From Nitrospirales bacterium (GTDB lineage Bacteria; Nitrospirota; Nitrospiria; Nitrospirales; UBA8639): a DNA stretch of 64,000 nt. This document shows, piece after piece, positions 38,818-51,500 of this stretch; positions within the stretch are counted from its first letter, which is position 1; each line of letters begins with the position of its first letter. The notes beneath the pieces were generated by a model that saw only the letters and a list, made by a program, of their open reading frames with translations, did no database searches and was not told the DNA's origin. A program made the position numbers and the translations under genes. The DNA is taken from assembly GCA_965203295.1 (NCBI GenBank), contig CBDBCZ010000012.1:320001-384000 (forward strand), read 5' to 3'.

Positions 38818-39526
38818 CTCCACTTTATGTCTGTGAATACTCTGAGAGCTTTAGCTGGTTGGTGTGCTGGTGAGCATCCATTGGCTACTGCCAGCTTCAC
38901 TTGAGTTGGGGTAATGTAAAGATCACCATAGTGCTACACAGGTGAATCAAAAACTAATGTATACACTGTGCACACATATGTATATACACGTGATCATGGA
39001 AGTGGCCATGCATACATGGGCAAGAAAAATATCATCAGAAACTTGCAAGGAGTGGGTAGGGACATACGTATATACACTGTCTGTGGTATATACATGCATG
39101 TAAGCCAACCTCTTTAATAAGCGATTCCATTGACGCTTGTTTCTTAGTACATGTACATAAGTGAACATGCTAGTGTAATACAACTTCTGGCTAGTTAGCA
39201 GTCTAACAGACGCTTTCCAGAGAACCCATGGTCACATGGTGCATACCCGACTACTTCATGTACAGTTAGCCTGTCTCCTTCAATACTTGAGAATAGGTGT
39301 GTACATGCTAATAGATTATAGAAGTCCACTCCTTTATACATCACAGGATGCTGAAGAATATAGTGCATTGTATTATTAATCCCATTTTGTTTGAACACAT
39401 GATGTGCTTTCTTTTGGTATTACCATGCTGCATATGATATACATGTATCTATTGAGTACGACTCATGCCTAGCACGTCTCCAGGATATAGTCGTAGCGCC
39501 GCATTGCGGCGCCCATAACTTGCCAT
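38818..39526 (-). pseudogene. 5' exons of an unidentified gene, splice sites degenerate
   Basis: ATG at 39526 MASYGRRNAALRLYPGDVLG; then IEGDRLTVHEVVG; open exon ~38818-38933 HYGDLYITPTQVKLAVANGCSP...KWR|gtaagt. Phases do not join cleanly. Confidence 0.4.
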
Positions 39527-39529
39527 AAG

Positions 39530-39840
39530 CCCGATTCTAGCCTCATTCCCGGACTCCACTCCACAGTAGACCCGGGGTTCTGACGTGAAACTGGAATGAG
39601 ACTCGCGATTTACGAGCTAGACCCGCCCTCAAATTTCTGCACGTGCAATCGCCTGATTAACCGACTGTACATGGCGTTGTACGAATCACACTCACGTTGA
39701 GCATGCACCATTCGTGCAGGAATAAATAACTAAAAATAGTGTAGTAGATAGTATAGCGAAGTACCAAAAGTAGGTTGAGTGTTTCACCATAAATATAGTA
39801 TCTGTGGTTTCACCACGCGTTAGATTGCATCGCATCTTGC
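39530..39840. promoter_or_regulatory. Putative bidirectional CpG-rich promoter
   Basis: Local CpG enrichment against a CpG-poor background, lying between divergent ATGs at 39526 (-) and 39850 (+). Confidence 0.45.
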
Positions 39841-39849
39841 AGGTGATCC

Positions 39850-42800
39850 ATGCGCACGAAGATGGGGACTGCAGTTTTGGAGTTTTGTCTGTGTATCGCT
39901 GCGGTTATAACACTGCTTCAAGGGACTGGTGAGAAACGAATTTCTTTGCATGCAACCATATGCATTAAACTGACTTCTATTCGTGAGTGTGTGTGTGTGT
40001 ATGTACTGTGAAATTTCACCAATTTTGGTGTCGATTCAAACGGCAATAAAGGTAACTTGTGAAAGTTTTTTCAATTGATGACGGTCATTTCTGCCACAAG
40101 ACATTACTAACATACATGCGTTAGTTATGCCGAGGCCTAGTTTTGTTGGCCTGCGAGACTAATGCAGGATCACTGCACTCATAGTCACGCAAATAACCTT
40201 GCTACTGGTAATCAACAAAAGTTGACAATGGTGGAAATCTCAAATGAAGCAGTGCAACTGGGTGGAGGCGTGCGCAATAATATATTTGGGGAATTTTTTT
40301 TCTGCAATATTTTGTAACTGCAATTGGCAAACCTTTCCCTAGAGAACATTTGCCATCCTCATACCACACCTCCACTGTCCCTGAGATGTATCAATTACTC
40401 AGTAGTCCTTTTGTAATCGAGGACTATAGTTACTTTTAGTTCACGTGCCTCGATGAGCTCAGTATATATACCTACAAGTGACGATTTTTCATATACCTTC
40501 TTCCCTGTTAGCCATCAAGTAATGCCATCAAGACCAGCCATGCATCGTCTATATACATACATACCCACCATACCAATTCAGTTCACCAGCATTATCTGAT
40601 ATGGTGAGGCAGTAATTATGTCTCTAAAGTTCTGTATAATTATATGCAATGCAATGTCTTCTTTTTGACTTGCACACAAATGTGAGATTTCATGGCATGA
40701 CACTTGGCTCTTTTTCTGAGATGATTCAACTGAAATTAAAAGCACCTGACTTGTTAATTACTTGCTAGTGATGCTCATTCATAGGCTACAGTTTGCTTTG
40801 AGTGTCTCAAGAGAACAATGCAGCAGTTTGCAGGTTTCATCCTTACAATTGCTATGTACATGTATGTGTAGCTTGGGTCTACCTACGTACATGTATGAGG
40901 GCCTCTGTGAGTGTTTATGTGGAGATATTTTGACCTACATGTACATGTAAAAGTGAAACTGCTCCTTATGAGAGGAGACACTCAAAGCAAACTGTAGCCT
41001 ATGAATGATCAGCAAGTGATTAACCAGTCAGATGTTTTCATACATGTGAGTGTTTTTTAATTTCAGTTTCATATTAAATTGTAGTAAGGATCAGTTCATG
41101 AAGATTCCTTATCACTCCTCTATAAAACTGGTACTTAACGCCTTTAATTATGGTCAATTGGATTATTTTTGTACCAGCCAGTTTCAATTTCAAGGCTTAT
41201 TATCAAGATTTCAAGCTCAGTGCAGAATACGTTTACATGTACAGTCGATTAATAGCAGTAAAGCTGAACCATTTTTATTGAACATGTTTGCAGCCACTTG
41301 CCAAGCCATTTAACTGAATGCTTAGCTACTAATGATGATTTCCATAAGTAAACTCCACGGCAACCCGTTTATATCATGCTTTTAGCCTTATCAATTTAAT
41401 GATGCATGCACATATACGTATGCTAATGTAACAGTATTACATCATGGTTCATGCTATGCTATTATTCTATATGCCTACATACGTAGGTCTATGACAGTAC
41501 AGCCAAGGTTGTTTTATTGTCATGTACATGTACTTTGTAGTGACTAACAGTTTCTATACAGTTGCAATGTCTCAGTATAGTTGTGGTGGTGAGCATGTCA
41601 CTTTTGTATGTCATTTCCAGCACATGTATTGAATGCTTACATGATGTTTCAACACTCTGTATATTATTATAGGTGTGTAATGTTTTCTGGAAGGACTATT
41701 CACTGAGTGGTAGAGTAAGTGCACTGATTAATATGATTAGGCGGTGTATGGTGTATATTGCTGTAGGATTCAGATATATTTTTGCCCCAGTCAGGGCCCA
41801 GTGTCTACAGTTGTATGTGAATGTTATTCAATATACTAGCTATGTAGCATGTTTACACTCAGGGTTGTCCCCATGATGCATCATATTCAGTTTCCAGAGT
41901 ACAAATTTCCTATGTATACGTTTGTAATTCTTAAGCATGTGTTTACAAACTCTTTTCTCTAAAAATGCAGCAGAAGCTTTCCAGCATACGTGTAGGGGCG
42001 ATGTGTAATTCAGCTATCTACGTGTGTATTTGTACATATATTTCCTTAGATACATACAGCGGATGTGGAGTATTCAGTGCATTCAATGCAAGCCTTGCAA
42101 GTGGTGAATGCAGCTATCTACCTCCTGGCTATTGCGCTAAGGGACAACCAAAGGTATATCAGTGTTTACAGCTATTGTACGTTACTTGTATACTACCTTG
42201 AACACAGGTCTTCCTTGCCCATATTATACCTCGCTATTTTGGAGTAGAATCTGGGAGTACATGTAGTTCTCTCCAAGCCTGCAAGTCATATTGTTAGCAC
42301 GTACATGTACGTACATGTCAGAGGCTGCATTTGCTGTACACATGTACATAAAGCTGTGCATGCCTAGTAATTGTTAAAAAGGTAGCCTTGAAATGTAGCT
42401 GCATGAGTTGCCTGTTACATGTACGTAATTTCTGCATGTGAATGATAATGTTATGTAGATTGTACGTATGTGTGTACATCGACTTTAAAAATACACTATA
42501 GTTACAGAGTGTACTGCTGGAAGTTATCTTCATCAAGCTAATGTAGGTTTGTGTTGCATATAATATGATAGATGCTAAGCAGTAGAAAGAAATCCAGTTC
42601 GCTTCAGTTGCTGGCACATCATAAATGTCAATTTGCTATGTAAGTGACCACATTTGTTGCTCATGTGTAAGTTCAGTCAGAAGATATGCATATGTTATAT
42701 GGTCATTTTCTCTCAGCACCTAATCTGTGCTAAGCGTATACTGTGGCCTTGGACAACTTGACAGTGTGTGAAAAGCACCCAGCTGGTAATACTATCACTG

Positions 42801-43730
42801 GCGTGTTACTGACAGCATATTTCCTTCATTATGTAGGTCTGGAAATGAAGAAGAGCTGCAGCCATTTGTCCAGCATGACTTCTATCAAGGCTGTTCTGCA
42901 TACGACAAACACACCTACAAGGTTCTGGCTATAAATTATAGCTCTGTGTAAGCATGGGCAACTAGTACGCAATGCAGTTCAAGCACATGCTTACATACCA
43001 GCTAAGAGTATGTACATGTGCATGTAAAATAGCTAATAGGTATACATGTAGCTAAACTGTCTGCAGTTCTTTGTTATGGTAATATGTACATAATACTAGG
43101 TGAATGCAAGCATTGTGGGGCGAGCGTGAGCGAGGTATTAGCCCATGCGTACGTTAGCGGCGACGCGCCCTCAGCAGCTCTTTTGGCTCCTTCTCTCGTC
43201 TCAGTGTCACTTGTCGGTGGCCCCCCGAGAAATGACAGCTCTTCTGGCTCTAGAACTCGCTCTCTGCTGTTCCAATGTGACTTATCGCCAACCTGGGGAT
43301 ATATACAGCAACGCTGTAGCCTCTGCCGCTGCAGTCTACTCTGTGAGAGCATCCCTAAGCTAGCTGCACTGCAGCCACCGTGGCCACGTGAACAATTTGG
43401 AATATTACAGAAACTATTTGAAACGTTATATTGAAACGCGAAACGATATGCGGTATGTGTGTACGTATGTGCGTACGTACGTACGTACACCGTACGCACA
43501 GACAAATTTTCAATTGAACACACTAGTGTGGGGCTCGCTCACGCTCGCCCAATTATTGTTGTGTTTATTCACAGGCCCTGCTACTATTGTGCTGCTTCAG
43601 GAAAAGTGCAAGCCTAGCACAGAAGCAGTAATCTGTAAATTACTGTCTAGTTTTCAGGCCCCAGGATTAGCTTCATTCACTAGATGGACACACCACTGTT
43701 GCCCCCTACATCCTGACACTGCAGTGAGGG
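39850..43730 (+). pseudogene. Unidentified secreted or membrane Cys-containing protein gene, likely decayed
   Basis: Exon 39850-39928 MRTKMGTAVLEFCLCIAAVITLLQGT|gtgag is signal-peptide-like. Phase-compatible exons ~41673-41714, ~41767-41812, ~42050-42152 (TYSGCGVFSAFNASLASGECSYLPPGYCAKGQPK). In-frame stops in the ~40512 and ~42717 exons. Confidence 0.5.
43117..43556 (+). mobile_element. Helentron-associated (HINE/DINE-like) element
   Basis: GGGCGAGCGTGAGCGAG...(ACGT)n microsatellite...GGGCTCGCTCACGCTCGCCCAATTA; related 3' ends at ~52350, ~55650 and ~56545. Confidence 0.6.
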
Positions 43731-46700
43731 TGAGCTGAATGATGATGTAGTCTGCCAGATTCAATTGCAAGGAGTGGCAAGTAAATTACTCTGTGAAGAG
43801 TGCCACAGTTACACTATTATACACTCAGTGCACAAATTACGTACGTGAGAGGCTCAAGTACAGTTGTTAATGTTACATGCCATTTACAACATTGTGATTG
43901 TTGTCCTGCCAGTGGCCAAGTTACTCACTCGTGTGGAAGAATGGTTGCTATTTCGTAGCACATTTTTGTAAGTGGAGCAAATCATATGTACATAATCATG
44001 ATGCCATTAAGTTTCACTTTTACTTAAACCACTCACTACGTCTTGTTTGAGAGCGAGAATTTGTACCTGAGTATGCATGCAGTACTATTAGTTACACATA
44101 CATATAGTACAAAATGCTAACTCCTATATAGTTTCCATACTGCTGAGTGTACTTCAGAGGGTGGAGGCGTGCTCTAACTCCATGGCTTGCAATTGCGAAA
44201 ACACATTTGGGGCAAGTGCAGCATGACTCAGCTAAACAATAGATAATATGAAGGGCCGAGAACCTCAGAGTGGGTCAACCCAACATTATACCTTCTGAGC
44301 ACGACCGAAAATGGTAAAATCTGAAAAATTAGGTAGCTTCTGAAACACATTAAGAATGTTTTCAAGTTTGAGAAGGTAATTTCAATTTTGTGGGTTAGAT
44401 CACTCTGGTTCTCAGCCCTTCATATATAATTATCTACTTCTATAGGATGCCGATTAATAGTAGTTCTACAGCTGTAGTCAGCTTGGCCTGACCTGGTTCT
44501 GAGCTGAGCTGTGGTATATTGCACTTGAAAATTCATGGCTGTTTTTGACATGAGACTTGTTTGTATGTTGAAAAATATACAACATAATATTGCTGGAAGG
44601 TAATTTGGCGAGAATTAAATTCGGCAGCGCCATCGCCGATTGCCAAACTGCCAAATTAAAGTCCTTGCCAAATTTTCTTGCTATATATACGGAAATCACT
44701 GAATGCGAATTTTGAATGAAGCATGAGTACAGGATGCTAGTGAAAGCCACACTTATCACTGACTACTTGTGCTGTTTGTCAGAGCGCTGTGCTGCAGTCT
44801 CATGAAGAATGAAAGCTCTACGAACCCTCTAGTGCCACTGCGTTTGCATAGCTAAAACACCTTGCTGCCTATGGTGGCTACAGCTTGAGCCAGACTGTGG
44901 AGCGAAAACATCCCAGCCTCTAACACAAAGTTTATTGCTACTTCTTGCTGTCGCTCTCTTAGTTCATACCCCCAGCCTCCATAATAGCCGATAAAACCGC
45001 ATTCTTTAATTAAACATTCTGCCACAGGCTGCTACTCTGTCACGAGGAACGCTATAACAATTGCTCTCATGTGACCAAAAAATAGTGAAATTTCAGTACA
45101 GATTAAACTTGATGTGATCCTGAGTCTCCAGACCACTTCTCCGCATGCCGGATACTGAAAGCGATCCACACTGCGGAAATTAAGTGGACTGGTTCACAAG
45201 ACTAGCCAGAAGGCTACTGAGTACGTTTTACGCTAATTTAGGATTACATCATATGCCATTACTAATTGTCAAATTTATAAGTTGAGTTTAGCTGGTTTTT
45301 GCCTATTTGCCGATTTTTTTTGTTGTACAGTAATTGCATGAGCGAAGCCAGTGCAAGTTTGCCTATTAAAAGTGTGCAATTACAAAAGTGTGTAAATAGT
45401 ATAGCGGTATATGTACTGTTATTACTGCATGTACTGCCTATGCAGCATGGCTTCATTACATTATGCAACATGGAATCCTGAAAATTGTGCTAGTCTCTCC
45501 CTCTCTTTTTTTTGGGGGGGGGGGAGAGGGTCTAATGAACCCCGATAGCAAGTACAAAGGATAATGTTCTTGACTTGTCTAACTCGAGATGAGCCTGTGC
45601 CACTGTATAACATCACAAATGTTAGCACGAAAATTATGTCATTTCTAAGTGTTATTATGGTAACTATGTCCATTAATTCTATGCTGTTGCTGGTCTGCAG
45701 GTGGAATGTACTCTCTTTTCTTTGGCAAACTCAATGAGATCGTAGAGAAGACTGATACCACGAACCAAGTATATAATCTGCATGACCTAAGTCAGATCTC
45801 TTTCTTTTGGACTGACTTGTATTCTTTTATACCAATTACTTCAATCAAACGGTCACTACAGTGGTCCTTACTATATTATACTACTACAGCAGTAAGGAGG
45901 CAAGAACAAGTTGGTAGCAGCCTCAATAAGCTCTCTGGTATTCAAAGTATGCCCCTAGTCATTTAAAATGGCTTAGCTGCCGAGGCTCACCAAAGTGTAC
46001 AATAAATTAGTCCGCTCTTCGTACTCCAAGTGACAAAAGCTGATTGGCCCTGTGAAGGTTTTGGCAGTGGAACAACTGCTATAGTGCAAGCACCAGTGTG
46101 AGGGTCTGCACAGTGCGCAAGACTAGGCTGGTAATTTTGTTACTTGTATTTCTCTCCCCAGGCCAAGCCCAAATCTCCATCTGCACCTCAAGTGCGTACA
46201 TCTTGCTTGCCCATCCACTCTGATGATGGTAATGTACAGTTTAAGAAAAATCATTTAAAAGTGAAAGAGCATGTAGGGATGGAATCGCAAAAAAGTAACC
46301 AAACAAGGTAGGAATGACACGACAGAACTTTCACGGATTACCATCCCTACATCTTGCCAACCACAGTTGTCAGTCCCCTCCTGCATGCCTCATCATGTGG
46401 CTTCCTGTGCCTTTGTTAACTATGCTCTTATTCAAGTATTTATTATTGCAAGTGTGTTACAGTTCTAGGGTTAATTGACGGTGTAAGTGAGAAGCAGTGT
46501 CATAATCTCATCTGCCACATGTATAAAGAGGTGTTTGGTGGTAAATAATTTAATTGTTAATCACACAGTTGTGAGAAGCTGTAGTGTGGCTATTGGCAAC
46601 AGTACATGTAGTTGTTTGTGAAACAGGGAGTGCAGTGTTGATAGTGCAGTAGTGTAGGGGTATATACTGGTTGTACATGTACCTGTATATATAGTGTCAT

Positions 46701-48416
46701 GCAGTTAGAAGTGCTTACATTCTTGTTTGATTGCTTGTGAATATGGTTGGTGGGATTATGATGTGACAAACTACAATCATCAATGCGCTGATAAACATGG
46801 AAATTGTGGCGTGCTGAAGGGAGTGTTGCATCTACAGTGCGAGTTACTGCTATGGATAATTTCCTGTGTGGGGACAGGTGCCTGGATACGATAATGCAAA
46901 TATTGTTGGTATGGTACGGATCTGGATGGAGATTTGTGATGTGTGTGGTTGGCAAGATGTAGGGATGGTAATCCATGAAAGTTCTGTCGTGTCATTCCTA
47001 CTTTGTTTGGTTACTTTTTTGCAATTCCATCCCTTTCATTTTTAAATGATTTTTCTAAAACCTGCTCCTGCTATTTTTTCGTGGGTTGAGGACCATTGTG
47101 AACATGTACATAAGTGTGGTTGTGTGGGGTATGCACGAGCAATATGCATGTGTGGTATTGATCGAGTGGTGTTAGAGTAGCCTCGAACTGTGGCCTTCCA
47201 TGCAGATTTTGAAAGGTCCATGGAAGGTCTAGGTTCGAGGCTAGTTGTAGAGTGCAGTAGATGCAGTGCAGTGTTTGTGTTTCACTGGGGGTAATTGTAT
47301 CTGTCATAAATGGCTGTGCGTGGACAGTTCCATAAACAGCATGACACTGCATGCACATGCCAAGGACAAAGATGTGCACTGCAAATAGCTGTCTGCCCCC
47401 TCCAATATTATTCATCCCATTAGAACGTATTCAGGGTACTTACAAATGGAGTCTTTTCCTTATGACATTGGGTAGTCTGGCTACACAAGAATAATTATGG
47501 TTTCACTATTCTTTCAACAGCTCCTCTGGCCAGAAGCCGTTCGCCAAACAAATATAATCTGTCATGTGTCTTCATTTTTATAGCTAAAGTTTGTGTAACT
47601 TACGCAGTAATGAACCAGGAGATGCAACTCGCAGCTCAGGCCCGAGCAGACCGCACTATCAAAGGTAGGCATTAAATAGACGAACACGTGCAGTCTAAGC
47701 ATTACATAATCCAAGTCATTAAATGGCGTGCAACAGCGAGCTTCCGCTCGAGAGTACTCGTGAATGACTGCTGTACCTATTCGATTTTGTGATTATGCAA
47801 TGCTATGAGTGCAATACTCCGGAGAAAATGATGCCTATTCATGTTAGAATCATTGTAATCGCCTGAGACATTATTGCGCTAGCCTGGCTGAAAAAAAAGA
47901 AGAATCAGAAGATAGTCGAATGTGCCCGTTTAACCACTTGCTGGTTTGGTACTTCAGTGATGTTCTTTAGCAACGCTAACAGTCTGGTTAGTGATGACAA
48001 CGCTTGAGAATAACTGGTAGGGCTCATATTAGCGCTAGACTACACCTACAGCAGAGTTCTGAACACGTCATTTTATACACAGTTATTAAATGGAGACGCC
48101 ATTTTGTTTTAGAGCCATCCCTACATATGGAGTACTCAATGCTTGGTCCCAAATCTCTTGAACTATTCAACTGGGGTAATTCCCAACAAGGACCTATATG
48201 GAAATGGCTTCATTGAGAATTAGCACTATGCATGAATCAAGGAATTAAGGTATTCACTGCTAAACAACAAAGTAAGCTTTAGATATCTTTGTGGAGCCAA
48301 TTTGGTAATCATGCTAATATTTCTGTTAAAACAAAATTAAATAATACAAGTACAGCAGAATGTACAACAGGAAATGACATACAGGCTTTGTTCATCTGTA
48401 CTGCACTGCCTGAAAT

Positions 48417-48550
48417 CTATTCACAAGCCAACTTGGAGTCAAAGCTACTGAGTGCTGTAGCCAGTGCCTGTACTGCACACATTGGAAAGCTGTAGTCTAG
48501 TGTAAACACATCATCTGAGATCCTGCCAAACTGTACCACGATATAGTCTT
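48417..48550 (-). CDS. TUB: Tubby terminal exon
   Basis: [46 protein letters not shown] acceptor at 48551-48552. Confidence 0.97.
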
Positions 48551-51500
48551 CTGCATAAGATGTAACAAATGACACTCCATATGCTAAACTTGTAAAAGTC
48601 ATGTGAAAAAAAGTTCAATCAGTATATATCTAGAGCAGGCAAGCTAGCAGTACCAAGGGGCTAAACAACAAAATAAGGGGAATATGGTTGAGGTAGGCAA
48701 ACCAAAGCGGAATACACATAATATTTCATGACTCAAACCCATTAGGCACAGTTGATTTGTACTAAAAATAAATGCAAATAAACACCGTACAGGTACATGT
48801 ACCTGTACATGTAGGTGCGGGAAAATTTTAGCATGAGAGATGTTTGGTACTTACGTTTATCATCATGCCAGTTCCTATTACAAGCAAGTACATCAAGAAG
48901 AGATTTAGTCTATCGAGCTAGACCCTCCTCTGCTTAGCTTGAGGAGGGTCTAGCAGAGCTCATTGGTATTCATAGTTCACAGCTATTGTAGCAGCTTCGC
49001 ACTACTTAATCAATACCACAGGTCACACCCATAGTCTATGAGCTATAGCTTACTGAAGCCTTAATGTCCAGGCCTTAATGTCCAGGTGCTGAAATCAGCT
49101 ACTAAATCTGATAGGTCAGCTAGTCCTGAATACTAATAAGCTCTGCTAGACCCTCCTCAGTCTAGCTTGATAGACTAGAAGAGATTCAGAGGAGAAAACC
49201 ATAGGCAATGTTATTAACAGGACAACTAGGGACCAACTGATAGTTGTTCGGTCTTCATTGTACGACGACAAAAATACTGAACTGGAATAAGGGTACCAGC
49301 TTGTTCAGTACTGGTAGAGAGCACAACAGAGAAACAAGTAGGAAGCAATATTGAATAATGTACATATTAGCGACCCTCACAATGCCCTTAGTACACGTAC
49401 ATTTTTAATGGCCTTAATCTCATTGCAACTAACTTTCGAAGCTTATACTGTTCTGTAGTTTTGTTCAGCATACTGGTCTGTCTTTCAAATAAATAGCCCT
49501 GTAGCTATAGAGTAAGTAACTGGTGATCAGACACAAGGTATAAAACCCGGAACGAAAGCGGAATGTTCTGTCCCGTCTGCCACTAAAAAACGGGACGCTC
49601 AATTTCACAAGAAATTATGCGCGATGGAGCTACCGTATGGGAAAATTAACCAAGAGAGTCAGAGCCCATAGCCTTGAAGCTAGCTCTCTGAATTTAGTAG
49701 GTAAGGCACAGATAAACCAGTAGGCAGCTAAGTTTTTTGGGTAGAGCTGAATAACAGTTTCAGTATAATTTGCAATTGCAAACGAATTATAATAGTAGAC
49801 ATTAAAAAAATGTTTACAGAGCTTTTTTACAAAACCATGCATAATGTGGATCTTCCAATATGCTCTGATCGATGTTTTCACATTGCCTGTGGAACCTTTC
49901 CTTGCAGTTAGCAGTGGTACCGGTCGCAGAGCAAGGCTATAACCAGATATTATACCGCACTTAAGTCATTCTGACCAATCAGCTTACAGGATATAACGGT
50001 TCATATATCCTGGGCGCTGCGTGCGCATACGTAATGTAGGTACCCGGTTCCGTTCCATTCGTTCAAACGTAGAGAAAGCTACGGTAGGTTAGTAGTTGTG
50101 GAGCCTAGGCAGTTTTTTTGTATACAGGCTATTGGAAAATCGATGCAGGAAAGCATGGTAAGCTACTGCTCTTTGTTTGTGGCTAATTTTGTTAGATTTC
50201 CGTGTACCTGTGCATGTGGCCACACGGACAGCCTACTAAAATGGCGCTAGGCGCTGGCTAGACGGCTAGCTGCCGTAGCTACTAGCAGCCCATTGTGCTT
50301 GCTAATTCTACTTAGAGTGTTTTGCTACTTGTGGCTAGTATTTTGCATTTTGAAAGCCTGCTGGCTTGCTGGTTTATTGTAATTTCTGCCAAACTTTTGC
50401 AAGCTTTTTCCGAGCTCTATGCCAAGCTGTAGTTGGTCCTACAGTTCTTATACTTCTCACAGATCTTGCAACTCTTGTCAGAATGACTTATGCATGGTAT
50501 AAGTTAGTTGTATCCCTGCCCAGCGGGATATAACCTATACATAGAGCATACCAGGGTATGCTCTATTATCATTAAGACATTGTACGAGAAAATGGAAATT
50601 CCACGTGTGACATTCCATATGTTAGTAGGTGGAACAGGATTGAACCTTCTGCTACTGTTCCATTTCATTTTAGTAACTGCCTGCATTTCTAGTTGAAAGT
50701 TTGGTGTTCCTCCGTTGCTTAGTTCTGGAGATATAGCCTTCCAAAATTAAAATTCGGACACAGCTATGATAGGACAAATGTATATGTATTGTTGGACTTC
50801 ATTCCGTGTTTCCTCCCAGAAGCAATGTTCAGTGATCTTTCTCCATTACTGGGAAGCCCCACTACCATGGTGCTGCGCGGTATTAAAGAAAGATCACCGA
50901 AAGTTGCTTCAGGGAGGAAACACAGAACGAAGTCCGACAGTACATACGTTTGTCCAATCATAGCTGTGTCTAACTTCTATGCTATAGCTTCAGAACCAAG
51001 CAAATTCTACCGCCGAGATACTGCAAGCGATCCCTAGGTGTGTAGAAGTTGGGGATAGCTAGCTAGACTATGTAAAGGGCTGATCGAAGGTCCCACCCAC
51101 TTCTGGTAGCACGCTTGGCACTAGCGCATACCTGGTACCTGATCATCGGTTACTTACTCTAGTTAGTGTTGATTTTTCGTGCATTGAATTAACAGACAGA
51201 CATCTGTGTGGAGCTTAGTATTTATCACCCGCCCATTCATTGTGTTAAAAGTGTAATAGCCTTACAAACTTTACCGTCAGCAGAATGCACCAACTGGAAA
51301 TTCTTCACTGATGCTTGTGTAACTCTGCCATGGAAATTCAAGACATATGCTTGAGTCTCTAAAGTGATTGAAAGTAATGAAGTTAGTATACTGTGAATAC
51401 TACATCATTTACTTACCCCTTTTCTTAGACCCTCTAACTTCAAAGGGGGCCTTATGGCAGAGGGGTGTAGTGAAGACATGGCAGAAAGCTGGATTGGCTT

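Larger units (their letters stand above)
37874..41500. repeat. Long inverted repeat, arms 37874-38647 and 40728-41500
   Basis: Near-identical reverse-complement arms; mirrored ORFs 38050/41050 and 38425/40762. Confidence 0.95.

Noticed and set aside
38050..41313. Mirrored ORF pairs as duplicated genes
   Set aside because: They are by-products of the inverted repeat and show no coding features.
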